Source of the DNA: Octopus sinensis
Lineage: Eukaryota
Length of the DNA stretch: 64,000 nucleotides
Reading direction: 5' to 3'
Assembly: GCF_006345805.1 (NCBI RefSeq)
Contig: NC_043000.1
Span: 126,294,001 to 126,358,000 of the forward strand
Below, one piece after another: positions 1 to 11,707 of this stretch; position 1 is the first letter of the stretch; each line of letters starts with the position of its first letter. Position numbers and translations under genes: made by a program. Under the pieces are notes generated by a model. The model worked only from the letters and a program-made list of their open reading frames with translations, ran no database searches and was not told where the DNA came from.

Positions 1-2663
1 TCAACACTTCTGCTTGGAGTCGTTTACGACCATGTCAACACTTCTGCTCAGAGTCGTTTACCATCCTCCAAATTATCGCCAAGATGCACAGCTTTTTGAT
101 ATCCTCAGAGCTGCTGCCATGAAAACAGCCACATATGTGTATATTGCGGGGGACTTCAATTTCCCTGAGATTGACTGGTAGGCCTTCCGCTGGCTGCAAA
201 GTGCAGACGATTTCCTTGAACTGGTGCTGAATTCAAATTGGTCCCAAGTTGTTACCTCCCCCACAAGGGGTAACAACACTTTGGATCTGCTACTTACCGC
301 TTCTCCTGAAACAATCATTAGTGTCGCTACCGAAGAACCTTTAGGTGACTCTGATCATTCTATGATCATGGCCGACTTGTCTCTGATTGGTTGTAACAAA
401 AAACACAACCATCTTCAGACTGCCCGCTTTGACTGAAATAAAGCAAACTGGAGCTCTTATTGTACTGAGCTGCAATGCCCAAACTGGCACGAATTTTATG
501 CCTCTGGAGATGTGGACACTATACTCCAGAACATTCTGAATTCAATATGGGCAACATGTGCAGCATCAGTACCACACAAGCACAAAAAACCACCCAATAG
601 TGCAATTTGGGAGACTGCAGCAGTCCAACTTGCCAGGAAAGAACGCCGTATTGCTGAACGGGAATACAAATTGCACAAATCAGAGAGCAACAGGAAAAAG
701 CACAATAGGTCAGCCAACCACCTCAAGCAGGTGACAAAAAAGGCAGTGCTTGAATTTGAACAATGCATTGCAGCTAACCCTGACAGCAAAGTGTTCTGGA
801 AGTATGTGCACTCAAAGCAGAGACCCCACTCTCCAGTTGGTCCCCTTCGCAATCCCCACACAGGACAGATTACTGGCAATCCCGAACAATGTGCAGAAAT
901 CATTGCTGGATGCTATGCTAGCATCTTTACTGTCGAAGACCAAAATGTTCCATCTTCATCACCACTGACATCGGACTCTATATCTACTATGCAATTTACA
1001 CCAGCAATGCTGCAATGCCACCTAAAGAATAAATGCAATTATGCCTCTCTTGGTCTCGATGGTGTTACATACCTACTTCTCAAACGCGGTGGGTACTTTC
1101 TTCTAAACCAACTTTCTCTATTCTTCCAATTCTGTCTTGACAATGGTGTTACTCCAGAACAGTAGAAAACTGCCAGTGTCATCCCTCTGTTCAAAAAAGG
1201 CAACCGCACATCGCCTGTCAACTATCGCCCCGTCAGTCTTACTAGCTGCATCGCCAAACTGATGGAATCCTGTATCAGAGAAACCCTCTGGAACTTCTGG
1301 AAGTCTCACAGCCTCATCCAGCCGTCACAATTCGGATTTATTTCTAACTCCAGCTGCTGTAATCAACTCATCGAGTTTTTTGAGGACGTTACCCAAATCA
1401 CTGATCGCGGATCCTGGGTAGATGTTGTTTACCTGGACTTTGCTAAGGCTTTTAACTCTGTGCCACACAAAAGACTTATGGTGAAGCTTTCTGCGTTGGG
1501 TGTAAGAGACAAACTCTATAACTGGTTGAAGTCCTTTATTTTCAGCCGAAAAGAGGTTGTCACAGTTCTAGGATAGCACTCTTCGCCCTATGAGATGACA
1601 TCTGGTGTACCACAGGGATCTGTTCTTGGCCCCCTTTTATTTGTTGCATATGTTAATGACATAGATGCCAACTTAAAGAATGCCACAGTGCTGAAATATG
1701 CAGATGACATCAAGCTGTACCTCGAAATAAAGAGGTCAAATCCTGTACACTATAGATCTCTATTGCAAGTAGACCTGGACACAATGCAGCAGTGGATCAT
1801 GGACTGGCAACTCAAGCTGGCTGTGGACAAATATACCACCATGCATTTTGGGAGGAGAAACCCAGCGTCCACCTACTCCCTCCACAACACTAGTCTCAAA
1901 AAGTCTTCATATGAACGTGACCTGGGTGTTATTGTCGACAGTGATTTGTGTTGGACAAAACACATCGCTAAAATTGTCAAGAAGGCTGAGGGTGTCTTGG
2001 CATCACTCACCAAATCCTTTGTGAGCCGCTCTCCAGCTATCTATCTGCGGCTTTATATAGCTATGGTAAGACCTCACCTGGAATTTGCATCACCGGTCTG
2101 GAACCCCTATCTTGCCCAGGATATCAATCGTCTGGAAGCTGTTCAGCGACGTGCAACCAAAAGAATACCCTCCATCAGGCATTTGCCATATCCTAAACGC
2201 CTTACTTCCCTGGGAATGGACACATTGAAACTCCGACGTCTGGCAGCTGACTTGGCAGACACCCATAAAATTATCAACCATCGTACAAACAATAACTCTG
2301 AGCACCTTTTCAAACTCCACCCATCTAACACCCGTGGACATATTTACAAAGTAAGAAAACAGCATAGCTCCCATGACTTCAGGAAACATTTTTTCACACT
2401 GAGAGTTGCTGAAGCATGGAACAAACTGCCGGCATCAGTTGTTAGTTGTCGGAGCACTGCATCCTTCAAAACTTCCATGCTTCCTGAGATTCGCCAACAC
2501 TACACTTGATTTTCTCTCCTCCATACACACAGAAGCATGTATCTGACTCATACATTGTTCGCTTTCCAGACATTTCTACATTACTGCATGTACTTTATAT
2601 GCACTTTCTGACAAGTTGTGGTGCACCTGAGCACTGTATACAATAATTTCATTATTATTATTA
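1..2663 (+). mobile_element. CR1/L2-group LINE, ORF2 (APE endonuclease + RT) pseudogene with 3' UTR and (ATT)n tail; 5' end runs off the window
   Basis: One frame carries IAGDFNFPEIDW, PTRGNNTLDLLLT and GDSDH (APE), then NYRPVSLTS, VDVVYLDFAKAF, SGVPQGSVLGPLLF and YADD (RT), and C-terminal LEFASPVWNPY...LEAVQRRATK. In-frame stops at 179, 434, 1163, 1574. (ATT)n tail at 2651-2663. A 35-bp tandem duplication at ~1-65. Confidence 0.95.
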
Positions 2664-3639
2664 TAAGTTCAAATTTTACTACAGTTATTGTGCTGTACAC
2701 ATGAACAAGACATTCCATTTCAGCTTGTCTTTGTTTAGTGGGGAAAAAACACAGCGTCATTCCTACTTGGACCATAAATAGTGTTAACTATAGAAAGGTC
2801 GTACAATTGTTGAAAATAAGATAAAGAAAACTGAAAAGCTACAGGTTACGTAAGTATTAGTGAAGTGGTTTTTGAAAATTTGAACAATTACTTATTTCTG
2901 GAGCTTTAAGTTTTTAGTGATAGACACCTTGTTCTCCAAATAGGTACTTACCATCAACAATAAAAGTTAGAGTAGAATCAGATACTGGTGAGGCAGAATG
3001 AATGAAAATACAGGAATGTATTTTAAACAGGGAAGGTCTGAACTCAAGCAAATGTGATCAGTTGTCCAATAACTTAACATCACAGCTTTTAACATTCCAT
3101 CTGAACTTTTGATGAAAATAGTAAATTTCAAAAAAATTTTAAATGTGCATGCACGTGGTACAGGCATGGCTGTGTGGTTAAGCCACTGGCTTTGGAACCA
3201 TGTGGTTTTAGGTTCAATCCCACTGAACAGCACCTTCAACAAATATCTTCAACTTTGGCCTTGAGCTGAGCAATACTTCATGGGTGTACTTTGATTCACA
3301 GAAGCCACTTATATATGTGTGAGTATTAACAGGTAAGTCTTCTGCTGATATATATATCAGTAAGAAAAACTAAGAAATTATTTAATATGTGAAAGGCACC
3401 TGTGCCAGTGACAGGTGAGAGGTACCAATGCCAGTGACATGTAAAAGACATCCAGCCATTGAAACTAAGCCAAAACAGACTGGAGCTTGATGCAGTTCTA
3501 CGGCTTACCAATTCAAGTGAAACTGTCTTACCATGTCAGCATCGAAAACGAACACTAAATGATGATAATACATTTTAAACACAGTTCTTTGTGATATTTA
3601 TTCTGCACTGAGTTACAAACAATCCCTTGTGACTCTCAC

Positions 3640-3681
3640 CAACAGAAATGCACTGGAACCCAAGATTATCATAGTGGAACT
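3640..3681 (-). CDS. SORT1: Probable coding exon 3 of sortilin-like gene (SSTMIILGSSAFLL)
   Basis: Acceptor gttgtttacag| and donor |gtgaga; 42 nt, phase 0-0, in frame with exon 2. Aligns loosely to human sortilin STGVILVLTTF (recalled from memory). Confidence 0.55.
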
Positions 3682-3790
3682 CTGTAAACAACAACACTAT
3701 TGTTTACTACTTGTATAAAAATACTAAAAAATATGCAGCTGTGAACTTTCAGTAAAGCTAAATATCAGCAAGGTCACAAGTTCAAGTTCT

Positions 3791-4020
3791 TATTTCTTTA
3801 TTGCCCACAAGGGGCGAAACCTAAAGGAGACAAACAAGGACAGACAAAGGGATTAAGTCAATTACATTGACCCAGTGCGTAACTGGTACTTAATTTATCA
3901 ACCCTGAAAGGATGAAAGGCAAAGTTGACCTCGGCGGAATTTGAACTCAGAATGTAATGGCAGACGAAATACTGCTAAGCATTTCGTCTGACATGCTAAC
4001 GATTCTGCCAGCTCGCAGCC
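3791..4020 (-). mobile_element. tRNA-derived SINE (family A), near full length
   Basis: Reverse complement of the copy at 53084-53316; flanked by the repeated gttcaagttct (putative TSD). Confidence 0.8.
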
Positions 4021-4583
4021 TTTTGTTCAAGTTCAAGTTCTGCTTCCCCACAATAAAACATCCTGTATGCAGCAGTCAATCAAACTGAAAATCTGGATGT
4101 AGTTACAAAAATATTTAAATAAAAACACAATCATATAAATGCATATTTGTAAACCAACAATTCAAAGATAGTACATAGGTACAGGCATGGCTGTGTGGTA
4201 AGAAGCTTGCTTCCCAACCTCATGGTACTGGGTTCAGTCCACTGCATGGAACATTGGACGTTTTTTTCTATAGCCTCAATCCGACCAAAGCTTTTTGAGG
4301 GGATTTGGTAGTAGACAGAAACTGGAAGAAGCCTGTTTGTGTGTGTGTGTGTTAGTCCCCCATCACTGCTTGACAACTGGTGGTGGTGGTGTGTTTACAT
4401 AGCCAGAATTTAATAGTTCAACAAAAGATAATGATTTTACAAAGAGATAACTAATGGGGTTGATTTGTTTGACTAAGTTCCTTCAAAGTGGTGACCTAAC
4501 ATGGCTGCAGTCTAATGAATAAAACAAATAAAAGATAAAAGAAAGATATCACATAAAAAAGAATTTTTGCTGACTATACTTAC

Positions 4584-4640
4584 GCCATCATCAGCCCAAG
4601 TTAACATGATACTGACATTAGATTCATTCCTAAAGACAAA
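4584..4640 (-). CDS. SORT1: Coding exon 2 of sortilin-like gene (FVFRNESNVSIMLTWADDG)
   Basis: Acceptor gtttttcag| and donor |gtaagt; 57 nt, phase 0-0. Matches human sortilin HVFDDLRGSVSLSWVGD (xVF...S/T-W-x-x-D) directly after the exon 1 peptide. Confidence 0.8.
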
Positions 4641-5204
4641 CTGAAAAACAAAGGGAAAAGGATTAAAATAGCAATACATGAAAAGAGAAATAAAAAGATT
4701 TTAGTTTCAACACTACATTAACTATATTTCTGTTGAAATATATCCTCTTAATTTCAATTAATTTTTAAAATAATGAAGAGTATACTAAAATATTTTATTT
4801 TAAAGCTCATTTTTGCAACAAATTAATTTATGGAAAAAGGGTATTTTATTTTCAACCTGTTAGCATTTAAACAAGCCAACTCCAGTCAAAACATTATACC
4901 TGTTCAAGTTCAGACTACCCAGATCTGGTTTCTTACACCTACCTGACAATGTCATTCTCAAAATAAACAATCACACCATCAAAATCTCAAAACTATGAGA
5001 TAACGCATTATTAATTCAAAGCAATGTGAATATAATAAGCATTACATTTGACAGGATGATCTGAAAGCTAAACAATTAAATCACTTTAAAATAGAATGGT
5101 TGAGTCATAGAAGCAGGGGGATGGGGTGGGGTCAGTATTCAACGGGTTAAAGCATAGCTGATTGGTTAAGAAGCTGGCTTTACAATCATGAAAACCTGGG
5201 GTAA

Positions 5205-6010
5205 GGTGGTGAAGGATGACCTTCGAACATTGGGCCTTACCAAGGCAATGACTAGTGACCGGGACCTTTCGAGATATGCTGTGCTTGAGAAGACCCAACA
5301 AGCCAAGTGAGACCATAGCCCATGGCCTATGACAGTGGGTATAACCAGCCCATTTATGAATACCCTTCATTCATTGGACAATAAACTTTGCTTGTGAAGA
5401 ACTATTGACGCAAGGGATATCAAAATCAAAATTGCTGATGTGGCCGACAACAAAACTGCCTGATTGGCACTCATGTCAGTGGAACGTGGGGTGTAACAGG
5501 GCCATTTATAAGTACCCCTCATTCATTGGACAATGAACTTTGCTTGCAAAGACCTATTGGGGCAAGTGTAAACAAATCAAAATCGCTGAAGTGGTCAATG
5601 ACAGTACCACCTGATTGGTACTTGTGCCAGTGGAACGTTAAAAGCACATCCAAGCATGATCAATGCCAGGGCCACGGATTGGCTCCTGTGCTGGTGATAC
5701 ATGTAAAGCACCATTTGAGCATGGTCGTTGCCAGTGCCGCAGAACTGGCTCCTGTGCAGGTAGCACATAAAAACACCTTCTGAATGTGAGTGTGGTCGTT
5801 GCCAGAACCGCCTGACTGGCCCTCATGCTGGTGGCATGTAAAAAGCACCCACTACACTCTCAGAGTGGTTGGCGTTAGGAAGGGCATCCAGTTGTAGAAA
5901 CTTTGTCAGACCAGATAGAGCCTGGTGCAGCCTCTGGCTCACCAGTCCTCAGTCAAACCATCCAACCCATGCCAGCATGGAAAGCAGACGTTAAACGATG
6001 ATGATGATGA
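5205..6010 (+). mobile_element. RTE-clade LINE 3' end (degraded ORF end + repetitive 3' UTR + (GAT)n tail)
   Basis: Homologous to 35660-36468; ends gcagacgttaaacgatgatgatgatg. Confidence 0.75.
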
Positions 6011-6869
6011 ACCCTTGGCCATTAAAGTCTCAAATCACAGTGTTGGTTACTCAGTTTCCATGGCATTTAAGTGACCGAGACCAAAATATTCTCCCTGAAT
6101 GGGATGCTGGTCCATCATAGGGTTACTCATTTAGGTGAGCTGGAGCAATGTGAAATGCTTAAAAAGCAATGCACAGCCCGGTCCAGGAATTGAAACCACA
6201 ATCTTGCAATCATAAGTGCAACATCTTAACCACTAGGCCACACTCAACAAAGATTTACAACTCTAATAACCATCTAACTGTATTAGATGGAATCTAATAA
6301 ACAGTTAATTCTTGACAGTATTGAAGAAGTACGTACATAGATAAAAGCAGTAAAATTCAAAACTGCTTAGCTAACACTAAACCAGAACTGGTGTGGCATA
6401 GATTCTTTGTATTATGTGGCATCAATGCAATTGATTGTTTATTTGAAGACTTAGATCATTTTAAACAAACTCATCTTAGATGTGTTAAAATTTTGGGATC
6501 TAAAACAAAAAACAAGAACTTGCTAATAAGTTCCTGCTAAGACCTAATGCACATGCTTTTGTGTAAATTCTCTGAGATCAAAAGATGAACAAGAAGCAAA
6601 GCTGATAAAATTAGTTTTTATTAATGGAATCAATTATGCTCAGACAAAAATAAAGATTCTCGATTGACTAAGGATTTTCCAATAGTATCCATCTTAGACC
6701 TGGTTATTTTTGTTCTAACAATGCAGTAAGAACAAACATTTGCTGTTGAATTAATAAATAGTACAACTAGATCCAAAACAGAAGTACTTCATACTAACAA
6801 CATGGACTCCTGTTAAAGTAAGTAACAAGAAAACAGCATCACACTTCCTTCCTTAATCATGAGTAGCAG

Positions 6870-7450
6870 CCAGCTGGAGCCCTGAAAAATCACTCCGATT
6901 GTTGGATCTTACAATCGTCAAGGATCTATCCTGGCAAAAGCACTGCCTTAAAATAGCTAGGTTTGCATCCCAACAATTGCCCACTCTCTTCAGGATCAGA
7001 AGATACTTCAGTCTACAACAGTTATTGATATGCTCAGGTGAGACCCACAATGAAGTGTTGCTCTCATATTGGGGACCATACTGTTGTGCGCACACAGACA
7101 TCCTAGACCACCTCCAGAAAAGGGCCAACTGTCTGAATGGCATAAACTTACTCACAGATATTCTCCAGCTTCTAGTCCAAAGGCATGCTGTTTCTTCTCT
7201 CTGCCTTTTTTCTACCACTCCTATAAGGGCCTTTCTTCTTCAGAGCTGGTTGAGTGCCTGTCATCCCTACACAAGCTCTCCCATCCCATTTATTTCGCCT
7301 CTTCTCATCATCTCTGATGTGTTCACCTCAATCTCAGGATTCCTATTCCTTCTTTCCTAGAATGCTGGCATTCCAGAATTCCATACCTGCCCATGTCTTT
7401 CCTTCAGATATTTAGTTAAAAAACAGCTCAAAAGGAACATTAATGGCATC
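6870..7450 (+). mobile_element. Degraded non-LTR retrotransposon C-terminal fragment (CR1/L2/Jockey-group)
   Basis: LDLTIVKDLSWQKHCLKIARFASQQLPTLFRIRRYF and FYHSYKGLSSSELVECL resemble post-RT LINE motifs; frameshifted. Confidence 0.5.
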
Positions 7451-7665
7451 AGTCTTACTCGTCTAAATGGGCCAGCAAAGGCTATGGACACTGCTTCTGT
7501 TCTCCTTCTACCAGGCCACAGCAAGTGTAAAACTATGTAAAGCCGAGTTAAAAACTGCAGCAACTGTGGTTCTTCACATTTGTTTAGGTCCTGTCTTACA
7601 TAGGGAAAGGATAGTTTAGCTGTCGTTAACTGAGCCACTTCAACAGATTCAGCAAATCAAAACTA

Positions 7666-7866
7666 CGGCTAAGTCGGTGAGTTTATCAGAGCCTGCGAAA
7701 TGTACGTCCGATCGCGTTGGCTGACTTGCCAGAGAGAATGATTTGAGTTTAGCGGGCCTAAGGGAACGTTTCCCGCACATGCGCATGGGGAGAACTTCCG
7801 GTGGCCACCCGGAAGTAGTCCCATTCTGCGCATGCGCACTGAACCCTACAGAGTAGCATCACTGCA
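7666..7866 (-). repeat. 3' LTR, truncated to its first ~201 bp
   Basis: Direct repeat of 11383-11583; begins TGCAG right after the PPT; similarity stops at cggctaag (7666). Confidence 0.9.
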
Positions 7867-7880
7867 AGGCTCCCCCTCCA
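7867..7880 (-). other. Polypurine tract of the Gypsy element
   Basis: Minus strand tggagggggagcct immediately precedes the 3' LTR start. Confidence 0.75.
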
Positions 7881-8001
7881 GTGCGAAAGTACGACAACAA
7901 GAAAGTTTGTGGTGGTGCTGCAGAAAAACAGATGGCTTGCCGATCCCCCCAGAAGACTTGGTACATAATATCATACAAAACAAGAAAAATTTGAAAGAAA
8001 G

Positions 8002-10970
8002 TTAAATGTAGATTGTCTTTGAAAGTTTCTTGGTCCAATGCACTGTTCTGCCCGATCGTGTAACATACGATGTGCTCGGGGCACCCGTTGACGGCGAGGA
8101 TGGTGTTGTAGGAGCCGGTGAAGGCAAAGGCGTCTGTGCAGGTGAAGGTGTTTGTGCAGGTGAAGGTGTTTGTGCAGGTGAAGGTGTTGTTATAGGTGCA
8201 TAGGTGGGTGTGGCAAGGTTGTCATCAAAAGATGGAGACGTCTCAAAATACGCTTTTTTTAACCGGTCCACGGAAACGGTCTCCGAACGACCATTTATCT
8301 CAATAGTGAAAACCTTTGGTGTGCGAGAAAGCACACGGAAAGGTCCTTTATAGGGAGAAACAAGTGGGCCCTTCACAGAATCGTCCCGAACAAAAACATG
8401 CGACCAAGTGTTCATATCCGGTGGGAGATGGGATGGTGGAGATTGCTTTCTGGGAACCATGGGTGGAAGGTTCGAAAAATATGCACGCAGTCTGGTGACA
8501 TAGGTCGCCGGATCATGGGGCTGGGAAGTGTCCGGCACCAACATCGGGCCAGGCAATGCCAGTGTGGTACCATACAGCAGCTCTGCAGCAGAAAACCCCA
8601 GGTCTGCCTTGACAGCAGTGCGACAGCCGAGAAGCACAATGGGCAGAAATTCAATCCAGGACTGTGGGTCTGAAGAGGCACGAAGAGCGGCCTTGAGCTG
8701 TCTATGGAACCGCTCAACTAATCAATTAGACGCTGGATGGTAGCTAGTAGTGTGGATATGGTGCACACCTAAAATGCGCGACAATTCGCGAAATAGCGAG
8801 GCTTCAAACTGACGTCCACGATCAGTAGTCAATCGGGACGGGACTCCGAAGCGAGAAATCCAGTTTGAAACGAAAACTCACGCAACAGTCTCAGCACAAA
8901 TGTCTGCTATCGGAATGGTTTCTGGCCAGCGGGAGTAGCGATCGACACAAGTTAACAGATAAGAGAACCCGCGACTCACAGGCCATGGTCCAACCAGATC
9001 GATGTGGACATGGCGAAAACGGGCCTCCGTGGGGGAAAATTGTCCAAGCGGGGCACGAACGTGCCGTTGAATCTTGGACTGTTGACACTTGGAGCAGGTG
9101 CGTGTCCAAGAAGTAATAGTGCGACGCATATTCGGCCAGAAAAACCGAGCAGTGATTAATTTAAGGGTGGCAGCTATGCCAGGATGTGACAAGGAGTGCA
9201 GTGCTTCAAACACTGAGCGTTGATGGTTCTCAGGCACGAGTGGCCTGGGAGAAGCAGTGGAAGTATCACAAAGAATGGTGCCTTCAGCTGACGGAAGCGG
9301 AAGGTAGGAAAACTGGCAACAGGAGAACTTGGGAGAAGTTAAGTCTAACGACGCCAAAGGTGGCTGCTTCTGCGAGATGGCAGCTAAGTCGATAGCAGCA
9401 GGAGACGAAAGGGCGCAAACTGGAAGGCGAGAGAGAGCGTCAGCAGGAACGTTCTCTTTTCCAGGTATGTGTCGAATGTTGCTAGTGAATTGAGAGATAA
9501 AATCCAGGTGCCGGAAAGCACGAGGTGAGAGTTTGTCCGTTTTTGAACACAGGGCAAACGTAAGGGGCTTGTGATCCATATAGATCACAAAATCTCGCCC
9601 TTCAAGTTGATGCTGGAAATGACGAACCGATAGATAGATCGCTAGGAGCTCACGATCAAAGGTGCTGTATCGTCGTTCAGCTGGTTGCAGTTGACGGGAA
9701 AAGAAAGCTAGAGGTCGAATATGATCATCCACTGTGTGTTGTAACACAGCGCCAATCGCAGTGTCCGATGCGTCTACAGTCAAAGAGAGAGAAGCACCAG
9801 GAACTGGATGTGCAAGCAAAGAAACAGAAGCCAGCTCCTTCTTAATGGACTCAAAGGCTGTCACTGCCTCAACAGAGAGGGTGACTTGACTGTCCTTTCT
9901 AGGAGTGTCCTTTAATAGCCTGGTGAGAGGTAGTAGCTTATCAGCACAACCGGGAATAAAACGTCTGTAGAAATTGATCATCCCTAGATAATGCCTGAGC
10001 TGGCGCAAGGAAGTGGGGGGTGCGATGCGTTGAATGGCATCGACTTTTGACGAGAGAGGGCTGATTCCACTCGAATCAATATGATGGCCTAGAAAATCTA
10101 GGGAAGTGCGTCCGAAAACACACCTGTCGGGATTTATACATATACTATAAGCGCGAAGACGCTGAAAAAGCTGAGAAAGGTGCTGGAGATGATTTTCACG
10201 TGTGTCGCTCGCAATGAGTATATCATCGACATAGGCAAACACAAAATCAAGACCGCAGACAACCTCATCAATGAAACGCTGGAAAGTGCTAGTAGCATTC
10301 CGCAAACCGAAACTCATGTACAAAAACTCAAAACACCCAAAGGGGGTATTGTCGCAGTTTTCGGAACGTCGGCTGGGTTGACCGGTATTTGGAGGTACGC
10401 GCGTATAAGGTCGACCTTCGAAAAAATGGTACAACCATGGAGATTTGCCGTAAAGTCCTGGAGAATTCTAATCGGATATCGGTCGGCTATTGTTACGGCA
10501 TTAAGGCGTCGATAGTCTCCAACCGGGCGAAAATCAGACTCGCCCTTTCGCGCCAAATGAAGGGGAGATGCCCATGGGCTGGTAGAGGGGCGTATAAGGC
10601 CAAGTTGAAGCATGTGCTCAAACTCGGCCCTGGCCGTTTTTAGTCGGTCTGGTGCAAGGCTCCGTGGGCGCGAAAATACAGGCGGCCCAGTGGTGGTGAT
10701 GAAATGGAGGGTCGAGTGGGTAGGCTTTTCCGGTTTAAAGGCAATGTCCACTAGCTCCGGAAATGAAACCAAAAGAGAGTGAAAAGGGTCTCCAGAGGTG
10801 GCAACAAAGAATGTCGGGCTAAGGACCGCAGTGATGGAACTCCCAGTCGGTGTAGAGAGCGACGTCGTGCTATCAAGAAGCCTCCGACGCCTGACATCCA
10901 CCAATAGATTAAACCTATCCAGGAAATCAGCGCCGAGAATAGGATGCGGGATGTCAGCGATGACGAATGT
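8002..10970 (-). pseudogene. Gypsy pol pseudogene (partial protease, RT, RNase H, integrase)
   Basis: Three ORF segments joined by frameshifts/stops (near 10340, 8880, 8730). The integrase tail has 3x 18-bp PSPAQT repeats and a TRSGR motif. Confidence 0.9.
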
Positions 10971-11197
10971 GTAGGGTTCAGCGCGCATGCACTGAATGGG
11001 ACTACTTCCGGGTGGCCACCGGAAGTCCTCCCCATGCGCATGTGCGGGAAACGTTCCCTTAGGCCCGCTAAACTCAAATCATTCTCTCTGGCAAGTCAGC
11101 CAACGCGATCGGACGTACATTACGCAGGCTCTGATAAACTCACCGACTTAGCCGCCAACGACCATCGAACCTCTTCAACAAAACGAACAAGAAGCTG
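10971..11197 (+). repeat. Inverted partial LTR copy (227 bp) replacing gag
   Basis: Reverse complement of 11340-11566 with about 7 mismatches; joins the protease coding sequence at a short tac microhomology. Confidence 0.93.
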
Positions 11198-11232
11198 AAG
11201 GGTGTCGATCCGATCCAGTCACATACAAATTT

Positions 11233-11583
11233 TGTAAGACAATACAAACGAAGTCAGGTTGTAGGTAAAAGACAGCAGTTCATTTATTTATTGTGATGGC
11301 GTACGTGTGTCTGATGGGAGAAGGACAGCCTCTGATGTACAGCTTCTTGTTCGTTTTGTTGAAGAGGTTCGATGGTCGTTAGCGGCTAAGTCGGTGAGTT
11401 TATCAGAGCCTGCGAAATGTACGTCCGATCGCGTTGGCTGACTTGCCAGAGAGAATGATTTGAGTTTAGCGGGCCTAAGGGAACGTTTCCCGCACATGCG
11501 CATGGGGAAGACTTCCGGTGGACACCCGGAAGTAGTCCCATTCTGCGCATGCACGCTGAACCCTACAGAGTAGCATCACTACA
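11233..11583 (-). repeat. 5' LTR (~351 bp, TGT...ACA)
   Basis: Minus strand starts tgtagtgatgct and ends gtcttaca; overlapping AATAAA hexamers at 11283-11292. The inner boundary is less certain because no clean PBS is seen. Confidence 0.8.
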
Positions 11584-11633
11584 ACAGCTTTGCTTGACTT
11601 TGGAGCTAAAAACAGCTTTTTGGTGGGTAATAA

Positions 11634-11707
11634 CCCTTATCAATGCAGACATTCTCAAAGGGTACATCATGCTACCGTATCTCTGGTTATTTGACATCAA
11701 TAAAGGG
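11634..11707. mobile_element. Tiny piggyBac-type MITE
   Basis: Ends taa|cccttat...taaaggg|tta; CCCTT/AAGGG termini with a degenerate TTAA target. Confidence 0.5.

Larger units (their letters stand above)
7666..11583 (-). mobile_element. Ty3/Gypsy LTR retrotransposon, rearranged (gag lost, 3' LTR truncated), in intron 1 of the sortilin-like gene
   Basis: Order PR-RT-RH-IN: FVIADIPHPILGADFL; PWASPLHL, GDYRRLN, FAYVDDIL; DASD, YSTFDRELLAIY; H-H-C-C zinc finger; HIDLVGP, TTDRG, VERFH. Matching LTRs and a PPT are present. Confidence 0.95.

Noticed and set aside
2700-2830. Minus-strand acceptor followed by FSLSYFQQLYDLSIVNTIYGPSRNDAVFFPH* as sortilin exon 4
   Set aside because: No convincing donor, ends in a stop, and lacks the expected SxLYRSxDYG motif.
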